A DNA stretch of 62,959 nt, counting the filler, from Hausera hauseri (lineage: Eukaryota): NCBI GenBank assembly GCA_046269625.1. It is 9 parts of 9 records of this genome, joined end to end, with 100 filler letters (N's around TTAATTAATTAA, not from the genome) between each part and the next. Parts side by side here need not be neighbours in the genome. Positions count along the whole stretch, not along the records: positions 29,626 to 37,308 come from JBJURY010000015.1; positions 37,409 to 44,306 come from JBJURY010053552.1; positions 44,407 to 52,426 come from JBJURY010817641.1; 6 more parts are not named here. One strand, given 5' to 3'. Shown here piece by piece: positions 33,999 to 46,622 of the stretch; within the stretch, counting starts at the first letter, position 1, and each line of letters starts with the position of its first letter. The notes below the pieces were generated by a model. That model was not told the origin of the DNA and searched no databases. It saw nothing but the letters and a program-made list of their open reading frames with translations. The position numbers and the translations under genes were made by a program.

Positions 33999-34375
33999 TG
34001 ATATTTTTTGTTGTTTTCACAGAAATGCTAAAAGTAATGTTGAAAAAGTAATGTTGACTTCAATATGTTCTATCAATTTTTATATGAAAAACTTTAACAT
34101 TTCCATACATACATTTGTGTTAAATAGTACCAACAATGTATATACATTATGAAATATAATATAGAAATAAGTTTTACCCAAACTGTGATTAGAAGAACAA
34201 AGAGAGCCAAATAAGTGGGTTTTCAAATAAGATTGACTGTAGATAATTACAAACAAGAAAGTGTTATAAAAAGGTAACGAGTAGCTTGTTATATTTCTGT
34301 GGCATTGTGCAAATTTTTACTTATGCCAAATTTTATTTAAGAACTTCAGTTTTGAACAGTTTTCGTTTGTGGCCA

Positions 34376-34567
34376 CTAATAACGGAAGCAAATATGATGT
34401 TTCAAGGTAACCAGTCGTCTTCCTGCCAAAGTGTATGCACCCAAAGGATAGAAATCTGGAAGATGTCTTGGCTCTATTATTTGCATATTGCTTGTGTACT
34501 CCAACTCAAAACTTCTACAATTTTTTGATGTGAAATTCCAAAGTAAAAAGTCCTTAAAATAAAACAA
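34376..34567 (-). pseudogene. C-terminal remnant of an EnSpm/CACTA-like transposase
   Basis: HLPDFYPLGAYTLAGRRLVTLKHHI resembles the D.YPL..Y...G...V.LK C-terminus of the ORF that precedes SAMD3-like genes in fish elements. Confidence 0.55.
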
Positions 34568-35973
34568 TTTTCATTTTACCCTCCCTAAGTAACGGAGTTT
34601 CTTGCAACAAAATTTTTAGCTTCCAAAGAACAGCCTTAAGGGTCACTGTAAAACATCGCCAGATATATGATATGACACATGTTGGAAATGGTTCGTTGAG
34701 TGCTAGTCTTAGAAAAAGCCAGAACAGTTGGAACAGTCTGTTGTGTTCAGGTTGATTACAATATTTTTTAAAAAAATCACGTTTCTAAAAATGTAAATTT
34801 TGACTGTTTAGCTGGTGTTATTTATTGTTTTTAATTCAATTTGTTTCTGCACCTTCACTTTTATATTTTGGAGAAAATGTATCCATTTATCAACAACTTC
34901 CATGTATGTGTACGCATATTTTGGGGAGAAGTGTTTTTAATTAGGATTGTAGTAGTGTTTTGAAATGTAAGTAAATGTGAATAGATGCTAAATAAGATAT
35001 TTCTGCACAAGGGTTTGACAATTATAAACAGATGAAAAAAATAAAAATGTTGACACTGCAACCTATTTTTTGGAAACTAACTTTTTTGTTGCAACAAACA
35101 CTGTAACTTTTGAATTAAATAAATATATAGAAAGAATGTAGTTTTTTTTTATAAGTTTCACATCAGGTGAATATTGCTGAGCCTCAACCACGAGGGACCT
35201 GTTGCAGAACAGCTTTGACTTCCAGATTTACATTTTTATTTTTTAATTGACACTCAGTCTTTGAAAGTAACAGGACAAGTCTGCTTTTATTTTATAAAAA
35301 CACCTAGAAAGGTTTGCGCGCAACAAAATCATGATAATTGAAGTGGGGGCTAGATTGACCGCAGTCAGCGTTAGCACGGTTTACCTGATGAAGGTACAAT
35401 TAAAATTGATGGTTTTACTGAGAGCTGCTCAGCCCAACGACATATTTACTCACACTACACATAGACAAAAGCAAACGAAACTCCAACATTTCACAATTTC
35501 GGCTTCCGTGCGCTATATGGCTTCGTGGATGGTGGATGCTAATACTAGCATTATTTAAGAAAAAAATGGAAAGCTAGGGAGGCAGAAGGGTGGGGTCTCG
35601 GGCAGTACTTAACACACAATTTAACTTTAAAGCAACTAAAGTGTTAAGCAGAAATATAAATGCATCTAATATGGCTATATTTATTAAATATGTAGTAGGT
35701 AGCAATAACTTATTCACAACAAAGGGTTGCCACGTTTTGCTAGCAAGGTAACAAGCTATCAAGTGCAGATAAACATGTTAAAAAATCTCACTCTGACTCA
35801 AGTTGCATTTTAACTCTAAAGCAAAACGTTTCCAAGACACAGAAACATACTTACCGGGTTCCATATGAACAAAGTCTTCAAAAAACAATCTCCATTTCTC
35901 CAGTGTGACTCCAGTTCGTTCCGAACGTCTTCTGCCCTGCCCTTATGGTTTCAGAGCGGGTTTTTTTTCCTTG

Positions 35974-35990
35974 TGACGTCACTTCCTGGA
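35974..35990. promoter_or_regulatory. CRE (TGACGTCA) overlapping an ETS-like CACTTCC site; likely promoter of the element
   Basis: TGACGTCACTTCCTGG lies upstream of a minus-strand splice donor CGGTAAGT near 35850. Confidence 0.45.
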
Positions 35991-37408
35991 TTTGAATGGG
36001 GTTCTCAGGTTTTTTTATTAAAATTTACTTGATTGTGACAGTTTTAAGACTACATATAGTAAGTGAGTAAATCTCACCTGAAAATGTCATTTACATTTAC
36101 ATTGTAAAATGCATTAAAAAAGTTACAAGTAAATACCAAGTAGTGCATTAAAAAAATACATATTATTTTTGAGTAAATATGAAGAATTAAAAAACTATAG
36201 TAAATATAATTATGAAATCAAAATAATATTTACAGAGTCAAAAATTATTTTTATCAGTGTAGAATAAACCAAACAACTAAAATGTCTATAAAACAGCCAT
36301 CCCCCCTTTTATAATCAACTATCCCAGGTGTCCGTCTATAAAGAATAAATGATGTGGTGCAAAACTAAGTGAATAATAACCCAACACAAAATTAAAACAA
36401 TCAATTCTCTCATAAATAAGCACCATTCTCAATAATAATTAAAGTTAGACCGGGCCGGATTGGAATGCTTGTCCAATGTATGGATGGATGGACAGGATGG
36501 ATGGACAGATGACCGGATGGAGGGATGGACGGACAGAAAGGCCGCAGTGATGTCACTGTCAGTGTTTCCAGCCTCCTCAGAGTCAGTGGCACGTTCAGTG
36601 CAGAGGTACTGGTAATGCTGACCACGGCTCACCCAGCAAGACAGACAAACAGACAAAAGCAAGAAAAACAGAAGATTAAAATTGAGAATAAATCTTTGAT
36701 GAACTCTGATATTAAACATGGAAGGCTTGTGATGTATAATCACCAGACAGAAGCAGCTAGTCTCCAATATTACTGCATGTCAGAATAAAAAGTCAAATAT
36801 ATTATACAGCCAGTAATGTTGTTCTAATCAATAATATGTTGTCATGGTGGAGAATGACTCACGTTATGAAATGAGGTTTTGACGTCCCAGCAGAAGTGGC
36901 CGCTCCAGGGTCAAACCCATCCAGTCAGCTGCCTACAAGGCCCCTCCAGGGCCCAGCCACCTCCTCACTGCATCTCGTCTTACTCAGATGGCTGCACCAT
37001 CACCCTGCTGCACCCAGGCGTCCAGCCTTAGCACGCCAACACGAGAGGCTGGACACTTGGACTCCTCCGCCTCAGAGAACCAACAGCTCCCAGCAGAGAT
37101 TGTCACCACAGACTTCAGGACAGAACTTGGACAGGGCAAAGCCGGACAGGACAAAGGCGACAAGCCCCCTCCCTTTAGTCAGGCCCCTCAGCAGATGTCG
37201 TGAACGACACCAGTAGCCGCTGCCACAAAACCCTGAAGTACCTTGGTTCTGGAGTCAAAGCTGAATATGGAGTGCAGCAGGTCAGGTTCGTTGGCAGTGA
37301 GTGAAAAANNNNNNNNNNNNNNNNNNNNNNNNNNNNNNNNNNNNNNNNNNNNTTAATTAATTAANNNNNNNNNNNNNNNNNNNNNNNNNNNNNNNNNNNN
37401 NNNNNNNN

Positions 37409-37759
37409 GGCTCGTCGTAATTTCGGTAATCGTCTTTAGTGTAGGTTGATCGGCGAATAAATTGGAATATTTCGGCAGATGGTCCATTCGATATGTGGTT
37501 GGTAACGATGGAGTCGCAGCGGAAACTGCAGCTGCTGATGACGACCACAACAACGCGACTTTGATGCTTGTCGATTTCCCTTTTTGAAAAAGTTCAACTC
37601 TTCTATTGATCTGTGGATTTAAACAAACGGGTTTTTAAATCCAGACTTTTGTTATTTATATTTTTGGGCGAATTCGTGATTTGTATTGTGATTTTGCTAT
37701 TTTATTTTATTTAAAGTATTTTGTAAGGTGGAACCTTACAAGGCTCCCCCGCCTGAAAA
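37409..37759 (-). mobile_element. PPT and 5' part of an LTR related to 26845-28043
   Basis: Minus strand GGCGGGGGAGCCT then TGTAAGGTTCCACCTTACA (identical 19-mer to 28025-28043); shared GATCTGTGGATT..AAACAAA..AAATCCA block. Confidence 0.65.
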
Positions 37760-39042
37760 ATAAAATTAAAGTCATCCGTTGATTTTAATTTTTTTAAGAT
37801 TACATAATTAGTTGAAAATTTAAAATTTTTTTTTTAATTTAATTTTCATGATTGGTTATTATTTTATAATCACTTCTGTTCCAAAACACAACTATCAAGT
37901 CTAAATAAAATGAGCTATGAAAATCTGGGCAATTATCTAAATTATGCAAATGAAATTAGTAGTCTAGTGTTTTTAAGTATATGCAAAATAAATTATATTT
38001 CATTAAAATGCTCATGCGACAAATTCAAATTTTAAAAATGTCAGATTTATTTAAAGTTAGGACAACAATCTTAATTTTACAAGTGTTAGAAATTTAATTT
38101 ATATTAGTGAATCGTTTCGTTGTGCTTCGATTTTGGTATTTTTAATCGAAAACAATTGAAACAAAATAAGAATCTAATGTGTAATTCATTAAATATAAGT
38201 GAAATTCTTATCACGCAACAAAACTGGTTTTGAAAAAATAATTCTGTTAATTAATTGTAAGAGTAATTTCACTTAAAAAAATTTTGCAGTTCAAAGAAAA
38301 ATGTATTAAATGAATTCACTGTCATTTTATGACATACTAAATGAAAACGTAGGAAATGCAAGAACTTGAAATACTAATGAAAGTTTAACATTGATGTTGT
38401 TATATTACCAATGTTTAAGTTAAATGCTAATTTTAAAATAGATTTAGTACACACTGTAGATGTTGCATTATGTTACATATCACAAAAGAATTAGATTACG
38501 ATGGCTAAAGGAAATTTATCTTTGTGCATGTATTACCTATACATATAAAAGTAAGCTGAGTGAGGAAATGACTTAAGTGCTGATTTAAACACGCGCATTC
38601 GCCCTTTTAAATTCAATTTAATTTCAATAATTCAAATAGTTTGTTTAAATATTAATATATAAAATTTTTCAAGTTTGAAAATGGGATTTGGAGGTACTTT
38701 TGTGAAATGGCGTGTTATCATTAAACAACAATTTAAATTAGCACGCTTAAAACCTCTGACAATTGATAATTATTTTGACTGCATGTGTAGGGTATTTAAA
38801 AATTAATACAAAATTTATTATAATGACAATTATTCAATCTGGTACTGGAAGTATATTTAATAACCATATATTAGAGGTCATATCGTCGTAATTTATTTAA
38901 GTAGCTGCTTCGATTAATGTACGATATAATTCAGTTTGCTCCATCTTATATACTAATATTTTTTGTAAATTAAACTATATATGTAGTTTCAAAGAAAAAT
39001 TCACAACATCAATTTGTTTGATCTGTTTATCTGTCAAGTAAC

Positions 39043-39819
39043 ATGAAGCTGATTTTGCTGTTTATTCTGCATTATGCGATCGGCCATGGGGACAACGAGA
39101 GTCCAAAGTTATTTATTTTATCAATTATTGGAATAGATCGAAACAATTTGTCAACAGTTATCTCCCACAAATTTTTCAATCGATTCAAAAATTCTATCAT
39201 CAACATTCCAATGAAAACAGTTGCCGACAAACCCGTCAACATGAAATCTGCACTTAACGGTTGCAAACTAACAACGGGCGATTGTTCGCCGATCTGTCTC
39301 GTTAATCAGGAGAAATCATTGGAGTCAGCAGTAATTGATTGGCCGAATCAATGGAACTATAATAACACTTCACCGCAAATGGGATTGTGGATTGATGGCC
39401 ATGTCGATCGGAAGGCAGCAGTCGTTAGCAAATGGATGGACGGTGCTCATCGGTCGTTGGTTGTGATGAATATTGACATGGCGAATAATTCGTTGTCCAA
39501 CGTTACCGATAATCTGCGTAATATCGACGAGAATTTCAAAGACGATTCACTCAATCTTTTTGTTCTGTTTGGTTTAGATTTCTCTTCGCCAAATGGCGGT
39601 TTGTTCTTTGCCAGTGGACCGCGGATTAGACAGCTCCATGAGACATTGGCTCAGAATGTCTGCGTTGTCGATTTGTTCGCGATTGCCACTGCTGTTTTGC
39701 GGTTGGATAAAATTGGATTGCGTGATGGCAGTGCGGATGTTGTGAAACACGTTGTCATGATTGATACGCATCAGAGTCATTCAGTGTTTTCATTCGTTGC
39801 TGGTGAGTTATATAGATAA
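39043..39819 (+). CDS. Secreted, highly divergent ENPP/alkaline-phosphatase-superfamily protein; probably spliced at ~39803
   Basis: Signal peptide; KLFILSIIGI resembles LLLVSFDGF; GLFFASGPRIR..VVDLFAIATAVLRL..RDGS resembles AIFLARGPAFK..NVDIYPLMC.LLGL..NNGS. Confidence 0.55.
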   Translation: MKLILLFILHYAIGHGDNESPKLFILSIIGIDRNNLSTVISHKFFNRFKNSIINIPMKTVADKPVNMKSALNGCKLTTGDCSPICLVNQEKSLESAVIDWPNQWNYNNTSPQMGLWIDGHVDRKAAVVSKWMDGAHRSLVVMNIDMANNSLSNVTDNLRNIDENFKDDSLNLFVLFGLDFSSPNGGLFFASGPRIRQLHETLAQNVCVVDLFAIATAVLRLDKIGLRDGSADVVKHVVMIDTHQSHSVFSFVAGELYR

Positions 39820-40228
39820 TTATAGGAACAAATTTAATTAAATGGAAGTTTCAAAACCTTGTTAAAGATTATTTTTACATCATAATTTAATTAGATTGAG
39901 ACATGTATTATCGACATCATTAAAAAAAACTAATTCAAACACAAACTGAATGTGTGGAACTCATTTTGATGAATTCTATATAGTACGTTTTTAATTTTTT
40001 GATTTCCGTTCGGAAATTTGAAACTTGTAAATACAATTTGCACAACTCTTGGATAAAAGTCATCAAACTAGGTTTTTCGGAGAAAAAAGATCGGTAAAAT
40101 ACAGTGAAAATGTTGGAAATTAAAATTTGTACTATATAGATTAGTCGAAATTCATTACAAACATTGAGTTTGCGTGGATTAATTTTTGAGAAGTACAGTG
40201 TGGAATAAACTTCCTGGTAGTCTAAATT

Positions 40229-40502
40229 CCAGAAATATTGGACACTAGAAAAAATGTGTAATTTTGTTAGTTAAAGAAGATCTATATATGTTAAATAATT
40301 TAGAAAATTTTTTAAGTAAATATGAAGTGTTGGTTAGCTTTTTACGCAATATTCATAACCATATACCGTATTTAGTTATAAATATTGCGTAAAAAATTAA
40401 CAAACAGTTTATAGTTATAAAATTGTCAAAATTATTTAATCTATATAGTTCTTTTTTAATTAACCAAATTACACATTTTTTCTACTGTCCAATATTTGCT
40501 GG
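40229..40502. repeat. Foldback/MITE-like imperfect palindrome
   Basis: AAATATTGGACA..GAAAAAATGTGTAATTT..TTTTTACGCAATATT mirrored by AATATTGCGTAAAAA..AAATTACACATTTTTTC..TGTCCAATATTT. Confidence 0.8.
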
Positions 40503-41139
40503 TTCGGTTCAATTAAGGGGATTTTAGATTTTATTTTTGTTTCTTTTTAGTCTTTCCAAAAAAATAACGAACTGCGGATGACTTAATTACAATATGTATT
40601 TGGAAAACTATATAGCACTATATAATTCGTTTCAATGACTAGAATCAGTTAATCTGTCAGAATCGACAAGAAACGTAGAAAAGCAATTTCCAATAATTAC
40701 ATTTTGAGAATTGTCCTAAAATTCTGATTTCCGATACATGTATAAAATCTGTCGTAGGAAAATTCTGAAAATTTCATTAATATAAATAAGCAGAGGTTTA
40801 CCTTTTCTAATGATAACTCTATAAATATACTTTGAAATAGAATTGTCAAACAAAATGGCAACCGGAAGTAAAATTGTCATTTTAGATGATTTATACGAAC
40901 ATGGAGACAAGTAGAAAATTAATAAATGTTGGACAATCCTTATCAGTTGTACACATAGCGACACAATTCACCCCGGCTGGGCGGTGACGTGAACGGCGTG
41001 GATTCGCACGCTGCCAACATGAAGAAAATTTAAGGACAAAATCCATCAAAACAAAAAGAGACTGTTGAATCAAATAGTTTACTCAGTCAATTGTCTGTCA
41101 AAATTAAATGCATGAATAACCATCCGACACACAAATCAC

Positions 41140-41542
41140 TAACAACTCCAGAATTAGTGCAACATCAACTGATGTCACGTGATAATCCAAAAGTTGAATG
41201 AAAGACGCATTTGAACTTTTCTGTAAACACTCCATGATCTTTACTTCTTTCATAATGTCATCGAGACGATCGATGCCTCGTCGTCGTCGGCGAATAATTT
41301 TCACAGCGACAACGTTTCCCGTACCACATGTTCTCGCTTTGAAAACCTTCGAAAAATGGCCCCTGTCAAATATCATTTGGAATTGGAATCAAAACAAAAC
41401 AAATTTGCCTTCCAATAACGATAGGATTAATCGTGTATGATTTTTTCCAATCAACAGAATCCGATTCCGATCCTATGTTACTGATATCGTTGAGAAAATA
41501 AAGGCTAGATGCTTTCGTCTTTAGATTGTTGTATCTCCTCAT
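41140..41542 (-). pseudogene. N-lobe fragment of a STK17/DRAK-like Ser/Thr kinase (two exons; remainder not found)
   Basis: IGRGHFSKV..VAVKIIRRRRRGIDRLDDIMKEV..LILEL resembles STK17 GRGKFAVV..AAKF.RKRR.G.DCR.EI.HE; no C-lobe exons visible downstream. Confidence 0.7.
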
Positions 41543-42339
41543 TGTGTAAATACGATTTGATGTTTATACAATTTTCGATTTATTTCAAAATAAAGCTAAA
41601 AAACCTTTTTCAACAAATTATTTGTTATTATGCAACCTTTAAAATGACCAATAAAAGTAATAAAATAAAGTAACATTTAAAAGTTATAAATTAAAAATTC
41701 AGTAACTGAAAACTCTGTCATAAAATCAACGAACGGTTGCTAGGGTCAAATAAGGAAATTTACATTAGTTACAAAAATATCAAAATGTTTGTGTGTTTCA
41801 TCAGTAGTGCACATTCATTCTAGAATAATATAGAGGATCTAATACATATAAATGTCATTCTCAATATTACAACTTTGAATTAAATTTCGGAATACTAACT
41901 TATCACAGAATTTATATATATGGGCTTTTAATATGACCTTTTAAAGGTGTTACGAAGTTGTTACTTATGATATAAGCATTATAGCATAAAGCAGATGTTT
42001 TTGCAACATTATCAAAGTATTTCCTGACATCACTTTTAAAGTGCTTTTAAGTTAAATTCTAAAAACGATCAACCATTATTTTGTAACTTTTGTTTGGTCA
42101 TATTAATTGTGTCACTAATTCAATGTACATTGGGTGAATATAATTGGCTTCATTTAGCCAACATATTAATAAATGTTAATCTCCTGTAAACTATGAAATA
42201 AATAATTCATATTTTAGTTTTATAAATCATGATCAATACACCAAAAAGTACAATGAATACGAAAATGGTCACTAATAAAATAAATAAAGTGTGTTCTTTT
42301 CAGGTGTTACGTTCAAGAATTTTGTTAATTTTAAATTAC

Positions 42340-42620
42340 TAATTAAATCCGTACAAATCCTGTTGACTTTTGCATAGCCACATCTTGTGTCCTTGTGCTA
42401 CTATATAGCTTATTTATATATCGTTTACCAGTCGTTTCATTGAACTTCAGTTCTTTAATTTTGATGATATTACAATATTTTCCAGAGGGTTGTTCCCATC
42501 CATCAACGAATAATTTTGGTCAAGTTTAAATTTGTCACAGTCATATACCGTAATAGCTGCCATTTGTTTTATCAATATCATCAGAGTTATGTAGTTAATT
42601 AACCAACTTGGTTCGTTTCC
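42340..42620 (-). pseudogene. Remnant of a chuvirus-like glycoprotein N-terminus
   Basis: YITLMILIKQMAAITVYDCDKFKLDQNYSLMD aligns with LILLFMSLIRKGNNILAYDCEHIYEGDYYSLMD of the large element. Confidence 0.65.
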
Positions 42621-42764
42621 TAGTTTATTACCTGTCAAATTTCGTACCAGCATTCAATTTAAATAAAAGAAGTTTGTTTAAATTTAGGACAATGTCCATT
42701 TTTAACAAATCAAACATTACTAAATTTCGTTTTATAATATCTTTAATTTCAGAAATTATCAAAA

Positions 42765-43510
42765 ATGTTTTGAGTACGACTAAAAACAGTTGTGGGAGTA
42801 GTAGATCAGATTTTGTCGTTGCCGAGAAATGGAGGTTAGTCAGAAAAATTGGTTCAAAATATTTTGGTGATATTTATCTTGGTGTTGCTGTATCAAATGG
42901 CGAAGGAGTTGCATTAAGTTAGAATCGGTGTCTGCAAGACATCCGCAGTTACTGTATGACAGTAAGGTGTATAAGTTTCTTCAAGGCAGATTTTATTGAT
43001 GTAAACCTGTGAAATTTGTTTCATTTCGTAGGATGGTGCAGGGATACAGAGGATTCGGTGGCATGGAATCTATGGTGTAAGAATTAATACAATGCTCTCG
43101 TTATGGATTTACGTAGTCCATGTTGGAGGATTTCTTCAATTTCCGTGGTCGTCGATTTACATTGAAAACTGTTCTGATACTAGCTGAACAAATGTTAGCG
43201 CGAGTTGAATTTATTCATTCAAAGAATTTCATTCATCGGAATATTAAACCCGACAAATTTTTTGATGGAAATCAGTCGTCATTGTAACAAATTGTTCGTC
43301 GTGGATGTTGGGTTGTCAAAAAAGTACAAGTAAAGATGTTTTACAGAGAAACATTATTTAAAAATTATTTACAGAGATACTAAAACAAAACAGCATATTC
43401 CATACAGAGAAGACAAAAACCTTACGGGAACAACACGGTTTGCTAGTATAAATGCTCATGCTGGTATTGAACAATCAAGAACAGATGATATGGAATCGAT
43501 GGGCTGTTTT
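42765..43510 (+). pseudogene. CSNK1A1: Casein kinase I alpha unprocessed pseudogene
   Basis: [77 protein letters not shown]; frameshifts, catalytic HRD changed to HRN, introns retained, truncated. Confidence 0.88.
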
Positions 43511-43929
43511 TTTGTACTTCCTGAGAAGTACTTAACCATGAAAAGGGTTGAAGGTATATTTCTAAATTTTACCTATGTATTCGTATATTGTATATTTCTG
43601 TTTGTGCTACAATATGGTTACTTATATATTTGTGGTAAATTGGTCAATATTGCATGGGATTTGAATTTTTCGCGATTAAAGCTTTTTCACCTCGAAATAT
43701 TCACAGCCGTACTGATAAGTTGTGCAATAATAAGTTATTTATTCAACGAGAATGCAGTTTTGTTGTATTATATAGGTCTGTAATTAATTGACTGACGTAT
43801 ATATTATGCTGGATAAATTGAATATTGTTTTGTAAGAGCGTTTGCATGAATAATTAATTAGATAAAATATACTTTGCACAAATCACAAGTTCACTGATCA
43901 AGAATTATTCGTTTTTTTTGGAAATACAG

Positions 43930-44003
43930 ATTTTTGAGTCATGATACAAATAAATTTCGGTTTTCTTTACCTTCGCCACAGCACAAACGTGGATTGCCAG
44001 TCA
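43930..44003 (+). pseudogene. Isolated exon of NADH-cytochrome b5 reductase
   Basis: SHDTNKFRFSLPSPQHKRGLPV resembles [22 protein letters not shown]; flanked by TACAG acceptor and GTAAG donor. Confidence 0.7.
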
Positions 44004-46622
44004 GTAAGGATTTCTGATATACTTTTATTTAATATCTCCTTTATATTATTCTAATTTGTTTTTTTTAATTGAAAGTCTTGTCAAATTGTACATATAACAA
44101 AGTATTGTCAGTTAGGGTTATAGTCAAAGCAGGGATAAGGCGGATTGATTCATCTATCAAAATATCGAAAATGAAGGTGAATAATTTTTTCCTCAGCACA
44201 TATACAGTATTATTTTGTAAAGTAAAATAATATCCCCGAAATATAAATTTTTTTTAAAGTAAAAATGCCTCCTAGAATACTCTTCTGCCTCTAACACTAT
44301 TACTTANNNNNNNNNNNNNNNNNNNNNNNNNNNNNNNNNNNNNNNNNNNNTTAATTAATTAANNNNNNNNNNNNNNNNNNNNNNNNNNNNNNNNNNNNNN
44401 NNNNNNTTGAAATCTGTTAATAGTTCATGAACATTAAAAAGTTCTTTAGAAATCTAAAAATTAGAATTGAATTCTTAATTTGGATTATCCAAGAACGATT
44501 GGAATTTTTCTTTGCAAGAGAAGCTATCGCAAAAGAAATTCAACACCAGCAAGAGTTGAAACAGCAACAAAACTTTCTTAATCAACAAAATTCAAAAAAG
44601 CGAAAAAGCTTTTTTAAAAAAAACACAAGCATCCGAAATTTTAAATTTATAAATATTTTGAAATTTTGGACACTGAACCAACAATTCTATTAAAAAAAAA
44701 AACTACAAAATAAGTAAATATTGATTTTTTAACGTAAAAGTACTAAGATCAATGTCACCCGCTTTAAACGTTGAGTAAACTTGTTCTAGGCTACTCATAG
44801 CTAGTTAATATTGAAAATGTTTTATTTAACATTTAATTATATTTAAGTAAATTGAAATATTTAAAAAAAGTTTTAAAAAAATTTAATTAGCTTAACAAAA
44901 GTACCTACTAAAGTACTTCAGTTTCAAACTCATCCTTGAATCAACAACAAGGCTGTAGTCAGAATAGTTACTAAGAAAAGTAACCTTTTGACAAGACATC
45001 AAACGTGCCTCCACAAATACAAACCTTTGCAGCAGGTTTCATCTTACAAAACACGAATGCAATAACATTAACCAACCTTTGGTTACTAAAAAAAGTAACC
45101 TTAAAACACTTCCAACGTTTTAGCGCCCTCAAAGAATTTAAAAAGCATTCAAAATTTGTTTGAGTCAGCCACTGGCACTCAAATTGTTTCAAACACTGAA
45201 CTTTTATTTTTCAGTACGCCACAGACCTTCAAATTATCTCAATCTTTTACACTGGTTGATTAATCTGCTATACGGTCTGAATTTACTTTCAGAATCCTCT
45301 ATAATTCTCTCGGTCGTCCAAAAAGTTTGTAAACTAAAATTATTACTCCGTTGTGGATCAAATTGTTATCCTGAAAGGATATGAGTAATTTCATTTGTTT
45401 TGTTTAAATTTTTATTATAGATATCATGCTTTTGTTTTGTATTGCTCAAAATTTTTCTGTTTGATTAAAATGGACTATGTTAAAAACATTTTACACAAAA
45501 TTGTGAAACCGTTTATACCGAATAAATACTATTTCGTCCGCATTAAAAAGTTAACCTTCCGATTCAAATCAGTCAAAGATCCGGTGACGGACAAACGGAC
45601 TATAAATTGTATAGCCTCTTTGGAGACCATTCCTTGAAATTATTGTCATTTGGGTAGCGTTCAAATAATTACGGACTTAATTTTTGTTACCAAACAGTCG
45701 TAAGTACATTTGTAAAAAAATTTAAAATTAAGATTTCTAATTTTTAATGTATCGTAATAAATGACAACGGATGTAAATGTTTCCGACTTCAGAGAAAGCA
45801 AAAAACAATCAGTTTATTAAAGAAAAACAGTATAATTTCTTGAACACCACTTGTTCTTATAAATATTTCCAACTGATTATTGAAGAAATAATGGTCTGAT
45901 ATTTTCTGAACATTGACGAAAAATATGAAAACTTTCAACTTCAGCAAACACTTGATGGTTAAATTAGTCGTACATATTCAAATCAAAAATTGAAATATTC
46001 AACCGTTTGACATTTTACTATTTCATGTCGTAAGATGGAAACGAAGCTTGAAATTTTATTTTCAATACGCGTAAGAATTATGCGACAAATTTGCGACTAG
46101 AATTTTTCATTTTTCTCATTCATTCAAAATTTCCATGGTCCGTGTCAATTTAATCATAAGAGCATTTGACAGTATGGTTTAAGATAAGCTGAACATATAG
46201 CCGTGGCAAGTAATAAACAATNNNNNNNNNNATCTAAAATTATTCAGTATTAATTTAAAATCAATATTATGACGAGTGTAAATGTGTTTGATACATTTTT
46301 GTACAAATGACTGCATGCATTTGCTACTCAATTTTTTGCCTGTATGTGTGTGTGTGTGTGTCTACGACATAAGTCCTTGTTAATCACAATCACCAAAATT
46401 TTTAAAAAGAATGCAAAAATGTTTTAGTAAATTACTTTGTATGTTGGTAATAATCTACTAAATGTTATTAACAAGCAATCTGATATATGTATACATTATT
46501 TTTTCATTGTTCGAATGTTTGTATGACATTTTCCATAGAAATTTTACAGTGCACACCTTTTCACTGCAGTAATTGCTCTAATTTGGCAACTAAGCAAAGC
46601 AATTCCCATAATTAAAAAAACC

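Larger units (their letters stand above)
29626..36259 (-). mobile_element. Internally deleted EnSpm/CACTA-like DNA transposon; far end not in contig
   Basis: Minus-strand terminus CACTGATAAAAA at 36259, AT-rich subterminal GTAAAT repeats, transposase remnant and SAMD3-like gene. Confidence 0.55.

Noticed and set aside
36410-37308. Possible fish gene exons
   Set aside because: No identifiable domain; includes GATG microsatellite-derived ORFs
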